The notes beneath the pieces were generated by a model. The model was not told the DNA's origin, did no database searches, and saw only the letters and a program-made list of their open reading frames with translations. Shown piece after piece: positions 23,116 through 33,344 of a stretch of DNA of 64,000 nucleotides. Both the position numbers and the translations under genes were made by a program. Each line of letters opens with the position of its first letter. Position 1 is the stretch's first letter. Source of the DNA: an uncultured Candidatus Rokubacteria bacterium (GTDB lineage: Bacteria; Methylomirabilota; Methylomirabilia; Rokubacteriales; CSP1-6); assembly GCA_963754315.1 (NCBI GenBank), contig CAVWFS010000011.1, forward strand, positions 160,001-224,000, read 5' to 3'.

Positions 23116-24507
23116 ATGGGAGAGCGACGGCTGTCAGCAGCGCGAGTGCTCGTGGTCGATGATGAACCAGCAGAGCTCGAACCCTTGGCCCGGCTCATCG
23201 GACAGTGGGGCTATGAGGTCGAGACGGCTGCCTCCAGCGACGATGCGCTCGCCGTGGCCGAGAGCTACCGCCCGGCCGTGGTCATCACCGATCTCATGCT
23301 GCCCGGCACGGACGGGTTGAGTCTGTTGCAAACCTTGCGGGCGAGCAGCCGGCCGCCGATCGTGCTCCTGGTGACCGGGCATGCCACCGTCGAGACAGCG
23401 GTGGAGGCCATGCGTCACGGTGCGCTCGACTATCTCACCAAGCCCATCGATACCACGCGCTTGCAGTTGCTCCTTGAGAAGGGCGTGGAGCAGGAGTCGC
23501 TCTCACGCGAGGTGACCATCCTGCGTCACGAGCTGCGTCAGCGAGGAGCCTTCGGTCGCTTCGTGGGGCAGTCCAAGCGGATGCAGGAGGTCTACCACGT
23601 CATCGAGCTGGTGGCGCCGAGCAACGCGCCGGTGCTCGTGTATGGCGAGAGCGGCACCGGCAAGGAACTGGCCGCGCGCACCATTCATGAGCAGTCCGAG
23701 CGGCGCGGCCGGCCTTTCGTCGCCATCAACTGTGCCGCCATTCCGGAGACCCTCATCGAAAGCGAGCTGTTCGGTCACGAGCGCGGAGCCTTCACGGGGG
23801 CCAACGAACGGCGCACCGGCTGCTTCGAGCTGGCTGACGGCGGAACCTTGCTGCTCGACGAGGTGGCCGAGATGGATATCGGCACTCAGGCCAAGCTGCT
23901 TCGTGTATTGGAGGAGTCATCGTTCCGGCGGGTGGGGGGAAAGACGGAGCTCACCGTCGACGTCCGCGTCATTGCCGCCACCAATCACGTTCCGACGGAA
24001 GCGGTGGCAACCGGAAAGCTTCGCGAAGACCTGTTCTATCGCCTGAGTGTGTTTCTGGTGGAATTGCCAGCTCTTCGTGAGCGTCCTGAGGATATCGCGC
24101 TGCTGGCGGCTCGATTCATCGAAGATTTCAACACCCAGGACAAGCGGACCGTGGCCGGCCTCACCTCGGAGGCCGAGGAGGCGCTATCCAGCTATGCGTG
24201 GCCCGGAAACGTTCGGGAGCTTCGTAACGCCATTCAGCGAGCCGTAGTCCTGGCCGGGAGCGGGGCCATTGCCCGGGAACACTTGCCTCCCGTCGTCCTC
24301 GGGGAGACCCCGCGACCCGCTCGGTCGTCCGAGTCAGGAAAGGTGATGCCGTTGCGGGATCTGGAACGCGAGATGATCATCCGCGCCCTGGATGAAGCGA
24401 ATTACCACAAGCCTCAGGCGGCCGCCATGCTGGGCATCAGCCTCAAAACCCTCTACAACAAGCTGGCGCGCTTCGGCCTCCCCCCGAACCGAGCCGCGAG
24501 CTCGTGA
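23116..24507 (+). CDS. sigma54-dependent response regulator (REC-AAA+-Fis HTH, NtrC/AtoC type)
   Basis: VLVVDDE, GESGTGKE, ESELFGHERGAFTGA, WPGNVREL, LGISLKTLYNKL. Confidence 0.95.
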   Translation: MGERRLSAARVLVVDDEPAELEPLARLIGQWGYEVETAASSDDALAVAESYRPAVVITDLMLPGTDGLSLLQTLRASSRPPIVLLVTGHATVETAVEAMRHGALDYLTKPIDTTRLQLLLEKGVEQESLSREVTILRHELRQRGAFGRFVGQSKRMQEVYHVIELVAPSNAPVLVYGESGTGKELAARTIHEQSERRGRPFVAINCAAIPETLIESELFGHERGAFTGANERRTGCFELADGGTLLLDEVAEMDIGTQAKLLRVLEESSFRRVGGKTELTVDVRVIAATNHVPTEAVATGKLREDLFYRLSVFLVELPALRERPEDIALLAARFIEDFNTQDKRTVAGLTSEAEEALSSYAWPGNVRELRNAIQRAVVLAGSGAIAREHLPPVVLGETPRPARSSESGKVMPLRDLEREMIIRALDEANYHKPQAAAMLGISLKTLYNKLARFGLPPNRAASS

Positions 24508-25142
24508 GTCGCTCGGAGCTGGATGCCATCGATCATGCGGTGCGGGGTGGGTTCAATACGACCCTGCTCAATTTACAGTTGCTGGCCACCACCGTCGGGC
24601 TGGATGCCCCCGCGGGACCGCTCCTAGAGCGGGCCCGCGCGGAGATCCGCCGGCTCGCCGAACTGCTGTGGCCGGCGGCGCTCGGTATCGTCGCACTCGA
24701 GGTCAAGCGGACCGAACGGGTAGATCTGCGCCAGCTCGTGACGTCCACCTTGCCCCAGCACGGCTTGGACCAGGTCGTGCTGTCCTCCGGCCCGTCGCCC
24801 ACCGTCAGCGGCGATCCCGACTTGCTCGCGCTTGCCCTTGTTCATCTGGCTCGCAATGCGGTGGCGGCGAGCCCCAAGGAGGGGCCTCATCCGCGCATCG
24901 ATCTAGACGTCGGGGCAGCCACGATCCGGGTGACGAACGCGTGCCGTGAAGCGATTCCGCCCGTCGTCAACGGGAGCATTGCCGGCCGCCGCGGCCATCT
25001 CGGGGGCGTGGTCATCGTCACCAGGGTGGCTCGTTTGCACGGGGGGTCGTTGCTGTACGAAGTGGCAGATGACCAACTGGTGGCGCGGCTCAGCCTCCCG
25101 AACGAATTAGATCCTCCGATCAGCGTGGCTGGAACGAGATAG
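24504..25142 (+). CDS. Degenerate sensor-less histidine-kinase-like protein
   Basis: DHAVRGGFN (H-box-like), LARNAVAAS (N-box), HLGGVVIVTRVARLHGGSL; GTGA overlap with the regulator. Confidence 0.6.
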   Translation: MSRSELDAIDHAVRGGFNTTLLNLQLLATTVGLDAPAGPLLERARAEIRRLAELLWPAALGIVALEVKRTERVDLRQLVTSTLPQHGLDQVVLSSGPSPTVSGDPDLLALALVHLARNAVAASPKEGPHPRIDLDVGAATIRVTNACREAIPPVVNGSIAGRRGHLGGVVIVTRVARLHGGSLLYEVADDQLVARLSLPNELDPPISVAGTR

Positions 25143-25866
25143 CCCCGATGAACGCTTCGGCCGGAGCTCGGGTATCGTTCGTATCGATAGAGAGGGCGAC
25201 CGCCTGGACGGGTTCGGGTTCCTCGCCGTAGACGGAACGATAGTCCGCGCGGACGTCGCGGCGCTCGGTGAGCCAGCGGGCGAGGTCGGCGCTTCCCGAT
25301 CGCACGATGACGAAGGTGACGGTGGAAGTCTTCTGGCTGCGCTCGATCGTGTTGGCGGGGGCCGTGCTGTCCCACGCATAGGCCAGGATTCGTGAGCGTA
25401 TGAGCCGGGGGGCGCGCGGCCATACCACGAGAAGATGCGCAGATAGGTCCGACGTGGCCGCCCGGCGAACGTCGGCTCCGTCCGGAAGGCGGACGGTCTT
25501 CCAGCTCCACTCGAGGATCGGGGTGGTCGTGAGATCGACGCGTACTGCGCGTGCGATAGTTGACCGATCGCCGTGACTTTTGAGATGGAGGGCTCGCCGG
25601 CCATCGACGGTCACCACGGTGAAGTCGTACGCTGGCCTCCCGCCGGGGGTGGAGTAGGGTTCCCATCCGGAGGGGATACCGCGAGCTCCGGGCGAGCGCT
25701 GACGCCAGTCCTCGACAACCGTTGACTCAGCCGCGGCGGCGACGCGCGGGGTGACGCTCAACAGCATGCTGGCTGCGGTGACCCCCGCGGCGGCCACAAA
25801 AGTCCGTCGGGTGAGAGCGGTGGGCGGCGACATCGGCCGAATCGCGTAGCTGCTCTTACCGGGCAT
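25120..25866 (-). CDS. DUF3047 domain protein with Tat-like signal
   Basis: TRRTFVAAAG; PILEWSWK; WLTERRDVRADY; IDTNDT. Confidence 0.8.
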   Translation of the reverse strand: MPGKSSYAIRPMSPPTALTRRTFVAAAGVTAASMLLSVTPRVAAAAESTVVEDWRQRSPGARGIPSGWEPYSTPGGRPAYDFTVVTVDGRRALHLKSHGDRSTIARAVRVDLTTTPILEWSWKTVRLPDGADVRRAATSDLSAHLLVVWPRAPRLIRSRILAYAWDSTAPANTIERSQKTSTVTFVIVRSGSADLARWLTERRDVRADYRSVYGEEPEPVQAVALSIDTNDTRAPAEAFIGAISFQPR

Positions 25867-25874
25867 GGGGGCCC

Positions 25875-26366
25875 TCAGGACCGGTCGGCCACCGCGTGGG
25901 GTGGCCGCCGTCTGAGCATGATAAGAGATGCCACGAGAGCCACGACCATGATCGTCAGGATCGAGAGTTCGATCATGGCATTACGAAACGTCTCGGTACC
26001 GACCTCGGCGAGCTTTGCGAACTCAGCCGTCAACACGAGGATGCGTCGGGTGGCTGCGATGAGGCCCACGATGATGAAGGGCTCAGGGATCAAGGTGTGC
26101 TCGCGAAAGGACACCTGGACCGTGTAGAGAAGCTCCACGATCATCAACACGAGCAGCATCTGATCCAGCAGGCTGACGATTCGAGCCGGCAGCTCGCCGG
26201 CGAGCAGGCTGCGCCCAAAGACGAGCGCCACGTCCACGAGCAGTACCACAGCTGTCCCCGCCAGAAGGATCGCCAGGCTGATATACACCACGTCCTCGAC
26301 CAGTGTGAAGCCCTTGGCGATCCAGTCGCGACTCTCAGTACTCGTCTTGCTCACGCGCGTCGACAT
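25875..26366 (-). CDS. Phosphate-starvation-inducible PsiE family membrane protein
   Basis: LLVLMIVELLYTV...EPFIIVGLIAATRRIL. Confidence 0.82.
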   Translation of the reverse strand: MSTRVSKTSTESRDWIAKGFTLVEDVVYISLAILLAGTAVVLLVDVALVFGRSLLAGELPARIVSLLDQMLLVLMIVELLYTVQVSFREHTLIPEPFIIVGLIAATRRILVLTAEFAKLAEVGTETFRNAMIELSILTIMVVALVASLIMLRRRPPHAVADRS

Positions 26367-26410
26367 GACGGCGCCCCTTGCCGGCGAAGAAAATACATGC
26401 TTCCGCATCA

Positions 26411-26460
26411 AGCAACCCTGATGCCTGGCGCAGCGGGATCTGGCGGGCACGAGGCTTGCC
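26411..26460. promoter_or_regulatory. Divergent pair of sigma54 promoters
   Basis: AGGCATCAGGGTTGCT (minus, 26411-26426) and GGGCACGAGGCTTGCC (plus, 26445-26460). Confidence 0.58.
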
Positions 26461-26496
26461 ACCCCAGGACGCATTGCGCGTATGAGGGAGGATCCA

Positions 26497-26733
26497 ATGG
26501 ACACGAGACGGTCCATGCTCGAACACGAGCGAAGGCATGTTCGCATTGCCAGGCTGAACAACGCTCTCCAGCGCCTAGAAGACGGTTCCTACGGCACCTG
26601 TGAGCATTGCGGGGAACCGATCGACCGCAAACGTCTGCGCGCCGTGCCCGAGGCCACGTCCTGCGTCGCGTGTCAGGGGGCCCTGGAACGGCTCCATCAG
26701 CTACGGCTTACTCGAGGGGGCAGTGTGTTGTGA
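26497..26733 (+). CDS. Short TraR/DksA C4 zinc-finger protein
   Basis: ALQRLEDGSYGTCEHCGEPIDRKRLRAVPEATSCVACQ; GGAGG RBS. Confidence 0.85.
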   Translation: MDTRRSMLEHERRHVRIARLNNALQRLEDGSYGTCEHCGEPIDRKRLRAVPEATSCVACQGALERLHQLRLTRGGSVL

Positions 26734-26749
26734 CCGCCGAGGGTCCGGG

Positions 26750-26959
26750 CTACCCGTTGATCTCCGGATCGCCTTCGTCCACCCAGGGGTCGACCGGCCG
26801 CTGGGGAATCCCCGTCCGGTAGGAGCGACTCCCCGCCCGCTGAAGCGGCCGGACGCGTGTGCGCCGGCCGCGCGGGCCGAGCGGCAGATTCGTGCGAATG
26901 TCGTTTGCGGGAGCGACGTCGCGCTTTCGTCTCGGCCGGGACCCCTGCTTCTTGTCCAT
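26750..26959 (-). CDS. Small basic hypothetical protein
   Basis: GGAGG RBS before ATG 26959; no recognisable motif. Confidence 0.4.
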   Translation of the reverse strand: MDKKQGSRPRRKRDVAPANDIRTNLPLGPRGRRTRVRPLQRAGSRSYRTGIPQRPVDPWVDEGDPEING

Positions 26960-27150
26960 GACGTCCTCCAGTGGAAGGGACGGGACGGCACTGGAGGCTC
27001 TAGCCTCCAGTGCCGCTCCCCTATGTGAACGAGGCGAAAGGCCTCGGGATTGTCGGCGACCCTCTTCTCGACCTTCCTGCTTCTGCTCTATTCAATATGC
27101 TCTGCTCTAGTCAAATGCCGTGCCGTCGAGCGTCGGCCACGGCGATTCGG

Positions 27151-27166
27151 TGGCACGCAGGGTGCT
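27151..27166 (+). promoter_or_regulatory. sigma54 promoter
   Basis: TGGCACGCAGGGTGCT. Confidence 0.6.
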
Positions 27167-27178
27167 CCTCCACGCGGC

Positions 27179-27583
27179 ATGGAACGACTCTCTGACACGA
27201 AAGCCGACATGTTTCGCTCGATAGCAGCAGGATCGATCTCTTCCGACCTATGTTTTGAAGAAAGTTCCACGTCGACGCGGACCAAGGTTCGATCCGTATT
27301 GCTGGCCACATGGCGCTGTGTGCGCGGGCCGGTTGGAGTAGCGCTCGCAGTGACTGGTCTGGTGGGCCTTGTCTTGCCGATCGTGCCGGGCCTCCCGCTG
27401 CTATTGATCGGACTCGGCGTTCTCGGTCGTGAGCATCCGCTTTCGCGATGGGTAGCAGGCTGGGCGACGCGACACCGAGGTGTCGACCGTGTCCTTCGTC
27501 GCATGAAACTGGCAGCGATCCTGCCCCTCCCGACCGGTGCATTGACGCCGGATCTCGTGCAAACGAGGCGATGGGGAAGCTGA
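27179..27583 (+). CDS. Small membrane protein (PGPGW/DUF454-like); start uncertain
   Basis: GLVGLVLPIVPGLPLLLIGLGVLG hairpin motif. Confidence 0.6.
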   Translation: MERLSDTKADMFRSIAAGSISSDLCFEESSTSTRTKVRSVLLATWRCVRGPVGVALAVTGLVGLVLPIVPGLPLLLIGLGVLGREHPLSRWVAGWATRHRGVDRVLRRMKLAAILPLPTGALTPDLVQTRRWGS

Positions 27584-27866
27584 GGCTGGGGTTCCTCCAG
27601 AGGCGCTGGCGCTGGTCCTCGGGCTGGCGCTTCTCGTGGTGATCGTGGGCATTGCTGCCTTTTTCATCGACGAACAGCTCCGGCGCACCATGGAGCGGCA
27701 GCTAAACAACCGTCTGGCGGGATACAGCGTCCGTATCGGCCAGCTCGACTTCCATCCGATCGGGTTCTCGCTCGATCTGAAGCAGGTGACTGCCACCCAG
27801 GACGCTAATCCCAGCGCCATCCTGCCGGGGTTTGACCACCAAGTACCGAGAAGCTCGCGCTCTTAA
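27571..27866 (+). pseudogene. Truncated N-terminus of a DUF748/AsmA-like protein
   Basis: TM helix followed by FIDEQLRRTMERQLNNRLAGYSVRIGQLDFHPIGFSLDL, then an abrupt end. Confidence 0.55.
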
Positions 27867-27879
27867 AGGAGACCACTTC

Positions 27880-28533
27880 ATGATGACAAGTCGGTCACGA
27901 TGGAGGACGCTCGCCCTGGTGATCGTCGCGGCGGCGCTGGCCGTGAGTTGCTCCAAGCGACCCGCCAGCATCGAGCCAAGCGTGCGCATCGCGGCGCCTC
28001 CGCCCACGGCGGTTCCGGCCACGCCCGACCCCCCCGTGCGCGTTCCCACCGAGGAGGCGCCTGCCCCTGAAGGCCCCAGCATCACGCCAGTGCCCATACC
28101 GGAGGCGTCGAGACCGGCGGCGCCGCCCTCGACACCGCCCGCGGGGCCGGTACTCTCGGGTGCGGAGCGCCCGGTGCCGAGCGAGTTCGTGGAAGTGCGT
28201 GAGCTAGGGGACATCTTCTTCGACTTCGACCGTTACGCCCTTCGACCGGACGCACAGCGGACCTTGGCGCAAAACCTCGAGTGGATGCAGTCCAACCCGA
28301 ATGCGCTCATTCTCATCGAGGGGCACTGCGACGAGCGGGGTACCTCAGAATACAACCTGGCTCTCGGGGAACGGCGAGCCCAGGCCACGCGCAACTTCCT
28401 CGTGTCGCATGGCGTGCGCGCCGATCGCATCACGCTCGTCAGCTACGGCAAGGAGCGGCCCGCCTGCAACGAGTCGAATGAGGGATGCTGGGCGCGCAAC
28501 CGACGGGCGCACTTTCTGGCCAAGCGGATGTAG
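27880..28533 (+). CDS. pal: Peptidoglycan-associated lipoprotein (OmpA-like)
   Basis: Lipobox LAVSC; IFFDFDRY; IEGHCDERGTSEYNLALGERRA; SYGKERP; NRRA. Confidence 0.92.
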   Translation: MMTSRSRWRTLALVIVAAALAVSCSKRPASIEPSVRIAAPPPTAVPATPDPPVRVPTEEAPAPEGPSITPVPIPEASRPAAPPSTPPAGPVLSGAERPVPSEFVEVRELGDIFFDFDRYALRPDAQRTLAQNLEWMQSNPNALILIEGHCDERGTSEYNLALGERRAQATRNFLVSHGVRADRITLVSYGKERPACNESNEGCWARNRRAHFLAKRM

Positions 28534-28839
28534 TCGGCGTTTCATGACGGCCCTTCTCCTCCGGTGGGTGCATTGACGGCGTCGCGCGACCCCGTTCGTG
28601 AACAGGGGAGGGGGCCACGTGGGTCTCCTCGCGATCGTGCTCCGCCCTCGCGTGGAGAGCCGCCGAATGGCTGCGCTCGCGGCCGCAGTGCTGCAAGCCG
28701 CTGTGGATGGTGGTCTTCACCGAGAGCCCCAGTCTGTTGTGTGCGCGCTCAACGCCTCGACGATGCTGGCGCTCTGGATGGCGCTGAGCAGCCTCCTCGC
28801 CTGGAGAGGGGTAGTGTGATCGGGGAGCGTGGGTGGGGG

Positions 28840-28876
28840 GTACCCGTCTTCCCGTGATCTGTACCCGTCTTCCCGT
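28840..28876 (+). repeat. Short direct repeat GTACCCGTCTTCCCGT x2
   Basis: Two identical 16-mers separated by GATCT at the border of the stress cluster and the accessory region. Confidence 0.7.
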
Positions 28877-29671
28877 TCCCCCTCATGATCTGGATGACCT
28901 TAGCGACCTCGCCGCGACGGCATGCAGGCTTGGCGCGCCCTGGCACTGGTGATCTCGTGGCTCTGACTCTCAACGCCGGACACTCTACGGACGGAACATT
29001 GTGCCGTTCGATGCTCCCCTCGGTCCCCGCGCTCCGAGGCCACCCGGTACCTCAACGCCACGATCGACGCCTCGTCTCTCGTCTCCGTCGCCGTGCGTAA
29101 CGTGGTCCTGCACCTCGGCACCCGCTGGAGTGAGGTCAACAGGTTGACGACCGGCATAGTCCGTGCTGTTCTGCCTGATGCTGTGGCAACCGTGGCACAG
29201 CCGTCTTCAACTGCCTCTCTTTGTTCTGGGGGCACCCGTGATGGGCATCGTGCTCGCCCGGCGTCCAAACCTCGGGCGGCTCGTCGCGGCGGGTCTTTCT
29301 GGGCACGGCCGTCCCCTGAATCCTTTTCAGCGAGACGAAGCCAGTCCTGGGGCAGTCCAGCGTATTTCGAAGAGGCCGGAAGGCACCCCACGCAGGTCAA
29401 GGCGTCATCAACTTCGTGGGGGGGGCTGACCTGCCTTCGCGCCTTGCCCGGCCGCCCGGCGGCGCGCTACACTCCGGGCAGGCTGGCTGAGGCGCCGCGA
29501 GGCTCCGGGGAAGGACCGGGAAAAAGCCTAGCACTGCCGGGAAACATGCCTAGCACTCCCTAGGCTCTCTCTTGACGAGAACCGCCCAAGCGCGCTCACC
29601 CTTTTGCTTCGTCGGTCCGCAGCCCCCATCCTGCCCGCTCTCGCCGAGCGGACGTCCGAGGGGGTGGTCCC

Positions 29672-30802
29672 ATGGCAGTTGCGCGCAATGCTGATGGCCG
29701 CATGGAGGTCTTCGCGCGGGGCAAGGACCGCGCACTAATCCACATCTGGCAGGTCGGCCCGAACACCGGCTGGATCGATGAGTGGCGTTCCCTGGGCGGC
29801 CGCCTCCAGAGCGTCCCGGTCGTGGGGCGGAACACCGACGGTCGCCTGGAAGTGTTCGGCGTCGGCGACAATAACACCATCTGGCACATCTGGCAGATCG
29901 TCCCGAACGGCATCTGGTCGGGTTGGTATGACCTCGGCGGCGGAGGGGTTCTGTTGGTCGCGCCGGTCGTCGCGCACAACGCGGACGGCCGCCTGGAAGT
30001 GTTCTCCATCATGGTTCCCGACGACGTGAACGAGGGCATGCTGTACCACAAGTACCAGGCTGGGCGCGTCGCCGGCTGGTCCGACTGGGAGTCCCTCGGA
30101 CGTCCCCCCGACGCGCTGCTGTCGCGACGTTGGGACCCCACATTCCCCCAGTTCGATGTCGGCAGGAACGCCGACGGTCGTCTCGAAGCGTTCGCCGTTA
30201 CACGCGATGGCGCTCTCTGGCATACCTGGCAAAACGAGCCGAATAGCCGCCGCCCCTGGTCGGGCTGGGCTCCCCTGGGTTCGCCTCCCGGGAGGTTAGA
30301 CAAGGCACCCGTCGTGGCGCGGAATTCGGATGGGCGCCTAGAGGTATTCGCCATCACACGGGCCCCACATGAGCTCCTGCACGTCTGGCAGACCGCGCCG
30401 AACAACGGCTGGTCGGGCTGGCACTCCCTCGGGGGGACACTGACCAGCGCGCCCGCGGTGAGTCGGAATGCGGACGGGCGGCTGGAGGTCTTTGGCCGCG
30501 GACTAGATAAGCGTATCTGGCACAAATGGCAGGGTGGGCCAATCGACGGCTGGTCCGACTGGGAGCCCCTTGGCAATACACTACCCATGCTAGGACCGGG
30601 ACTGGATCCCGATGGCTTTCCAACGGTGGGGCAAAACGCTGATGGGCGGCTTCAAGTGTTCATCAGGCCCGTGGGTTACTCTCCCCGCTCCGTGGTCGAA
30701 ACGATCTGGCAACACGAGGCGGCCTGGTCGGATTGGCACACGCTCGGGAGTTGGGACGTCAATTTTAATGGCGCCTTTGGTCGGGGGCTGATCGCGCCCT
30801 AG
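29672..30802 (+). CDS. PLL-type beta-propeller lectin-like protein
   Basis: Seven repeats of NxDGRLEVF...WHxWQ...WSxWxxLG; no signal peptide. Confidence 0.78.
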   Translation: MAVARNADGRMEVFARGKDRALIHIWQVGPNTGWIDEWRSLGGRLQSVPVVGRNTDGRLEVFGVGDNNTIWHIWQIVPNGIWSGWYDLGGGGVLLVAPVVAHNADGRLEVFSIMVPDDVNEGMLYHKYQAGRVAGWSDWESLGRPPDALLSRRWDPTFPQFDVGRNADGRLEAFAVTRDGALWHTWQNEPNSRRPWSGWAPLGSPPGRLDKAPVVARNSDGRLEVFAITRAPHELLHVWQTAPNNGWSGWHSLGGTLTSAPAVSRNADGRLEVFGRGLDKRIWHKWQGGPIDGWSDWEPLGNTLPMLGPGLDPDGFPTVGQNADGRLQVFIRPVGYSPRSVVETIWQHEAAWSDWHTLGSWDVNFNGAFGRGLIAP

Positions 30803-31288
30803 TACCTTACTCTCGGATCCCTTCACCTCGTCACATTACGGCTGACGGGGCAATAGAGGGTGAAGTCACCAACATCGCTGTCACGGGAACCTGCGGCGTT
30901 CCCACCAACGCGCGCTCCTGGCTGCCTTCGCGATGGTGGCTGTGGACGCGCGTGGTCAGCCGGTCCTGGCCTCGGTCGCGTACAGCATCACTGTCTTCGT
31001 CACGGTGAGCACCACCCTGGCCCGCATGCCGGCGTTCGCGCAGTCGCTACCGTCTGTCCCTGAGACTGCGCTGGCGGCGGCCGTGACCGTGCTGGCAGGC
31101 TTGGCTGGGGGTGTGCTCGCGCGGGGGGCGGTGGAGCAGCTAGAGCGCGTTCTCGTAAGGGATTAGAAGGCTCAAAGCTGCCCCGGCGGGTCCGCTACCA
31201 TGCGCTGGATCGTGTGACGTGCGGAGCCCGGGGGCCTCGGCTACTATCGCTGGAAGCTCGATGTCATTCTCGGCGGGTAGGAGGCCAG

Positions 31289-31365
31289 ATGCAGTGTCCC
31301 CGGTGCCAGCACGAAAACCTCCCCGCAGGCGAAGTTCTGCCAGGAGTGCGGTACTTCGCCGTCGC
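31289..31365 (+). pseudogene. N-terminal double-zinc-ribbon remnant of an adenylate/guanylate cyclase-AAA protein
   Basis: AGGAGG RBS then MQCPRCQHEN...(A)KFCQECG across a frameshift. Confidence 0.55.
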
Positions 31366-31526
31366 CTGCGAGATCACTTGCAGTCCCTCGCGTTGCGGGT
31401 GCAGTAGGCCAGCCGAGCCGGTGAAACATCGGTACGAGGATTGTTACGTCTTTATAAGGATCGACTTTTGGCTTCAGAAACACCACCGGCGATACCAACC
31501 ATGACGCAGCGGGAGGAGGACTGCCT

Positions 31527-33268
31527 ATGTTTGTGCATTCCGGGACAAGAATCGACCTTCGTGTCATGCGCGTAAGCCAGATCGTGGTCGTTCTATGGGC
31601 GGTCCTCTTCGCCGCCCGTTCGGCAACGGCCTTCGTCATTGTAGATCTCGGCACCCTCGGCGGCACATTCAGCATCGCCCAAGCGGTGAACCCCAGCGGG
31701 CAGATCGTCGGCTTCAGCTTCACCGGCGACGGCGAGATCCATGCGTTTTCGTGGACGAAGGCGAATGGAATGATCAATCTGGGCACCCTCAATGGGTACA
31801 CGCACAGTTTCGCCACCGCATCAACGTTAGGGGTCAAGTCGCCGGGTACAGCATGACCGCCGACGGTACCAAGACGCTTGCGTTCTTGTGGAACCCCACG
31901 ACCGGGATAATGCGTTCTCTCGGCACTCTCCCTGGCCACACTCAGAGCGTGGCCACCGCTATTAATGCTCGTGGTCAGATCGTCGGCTACAGCACCACCG
32001 ACGATGGCGCCGAGACGCATGCGTTCTTGTGGGACCCGGCGACCGGGACGATGCATAATCTGGACGCTGTCGATGGGTCTTCCAGTCAGGCCGTCGCGGT
32101 GAATGCCAGCGGCCAGGTCGCCGGCAACAGCACGACCATTGACGATCCCACAGAGGCGTTCTTGTGGGACCCGGCGACAAGGATGATGCGTCGTATCGGC
32201 ACTCTCAGCTACAGCCGGAGTTTCGCCACCGCACTCAACGATCGTGGCCAGATCGCCGGAATCAACGACGGCCCCTTTCGCACCGAGTCGTTCTTGTGGG
32301 ACCCCGTGACCGAACAGACGACTCCTCTCGGCACTCTCCCCGGTGACATCGACAGCGAAACCACGGCGATGAACAATCGTGGCCAGGTCGTCGGGTCCAG
32401 CTATAATGCCGATCGCCAGCAGCATCCGTTCTTCTGGGACCCGGCGACGAAGAGGATGGAGAATCTCGGTTCCTTCGGCGGCAACGGCGCGCCCTTGGCG
32501 GTGAACGATAGCGGGCAGGTCGTCGGCTCCAGCACTAATGCTGCTGGCAACGACCGTGCGTTCCTGTGGGACCCGACGACCAGGCACAATGGATGATATC
32601 GGTACGCTTGGCGGCAACTCCAGCGGTGCCCTTGCGATCAACGCCAGCGGCCAGATCGTCGGGATCAGCTTCACTGCCGATGGCTTCCAGAACCATGCGA
32701 CGCTCTGGACGCTCGGCGCTCATCTTTGGATCGGGCTTAAGAACAGCGACGATCAGGGTACACAGTTCGATCTTTTGGTAGAGGTACTCCACAACAACAA
32801 CCTAGTTGCGTCGGGGCTAAGGCGATGCATTACCGGAGTGACGAGGAATCCTTCCCTGGCGACAAAAGCCGTGGTGGCGTTCGACGCTCCTTTTCAAGTC
32901 GTGACACTGAATTCCGGAGATACGATGGCCTGAAGGTCTCCACGAGGATCGGCACCACTGCGACCAGTACCAAGTGCTTCGGGCCGGGAGGCAGCCACAA
33001 TAACGCGGGAGGCTTGCGGCTGTACTACGATTCAGCGAGTCGACCTTCACGGTTCGATGCGCCGATCGCGCCCAGGTCAACTGAAGACTATCTCCACTCC
33101 AACGACAGTGCGTGCGGTAGTAGGACAGGCGCCGGAGTCACGATGCTAACCCTGAACAACAACGCGCCGGCCGACCCAACCGCGAAGTGCAAGGATTCGG
33201 GCGGCCTCCACTTCGCGGGAGGGAATCCGTACAGCGTGATCGGCACTTGGCAAATGACACTGCCGTAG
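31527..33268 (+). CDS. Secreted HAF-repeat beta-propeller protein with C-terminal 'LKNSDD' domain (apparent frameshifts near 31820, 32585, 32930)
   Basis: Signal peptide; repeated LGTL.G...A.AIN..GQIVG...(H)AFLWDP; C-terminal HLWIGLKNSDDQGTQFDL...GNPYSVIGTW. Confidence 0.82.
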
Positions 33269-33344
33269 GGTCAGCGCCTAGCGATATGGCATCGCACGGG
33301 TAGCATGGCGTGCTCATGCCTGCGAATAGAGACGGAATATTCGG

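Noticed and set aside
28544..29430. Holin-like and glycosyltransferase-like membrane protein remnants
   Set aside because: Short hydrophobic pieces in shifting frames; too degraded to call with support.
31244..32674. 476-aa repetitive minus-strand ORF
   Set aside because: Antisense shadow of the HAF-repeat gene.
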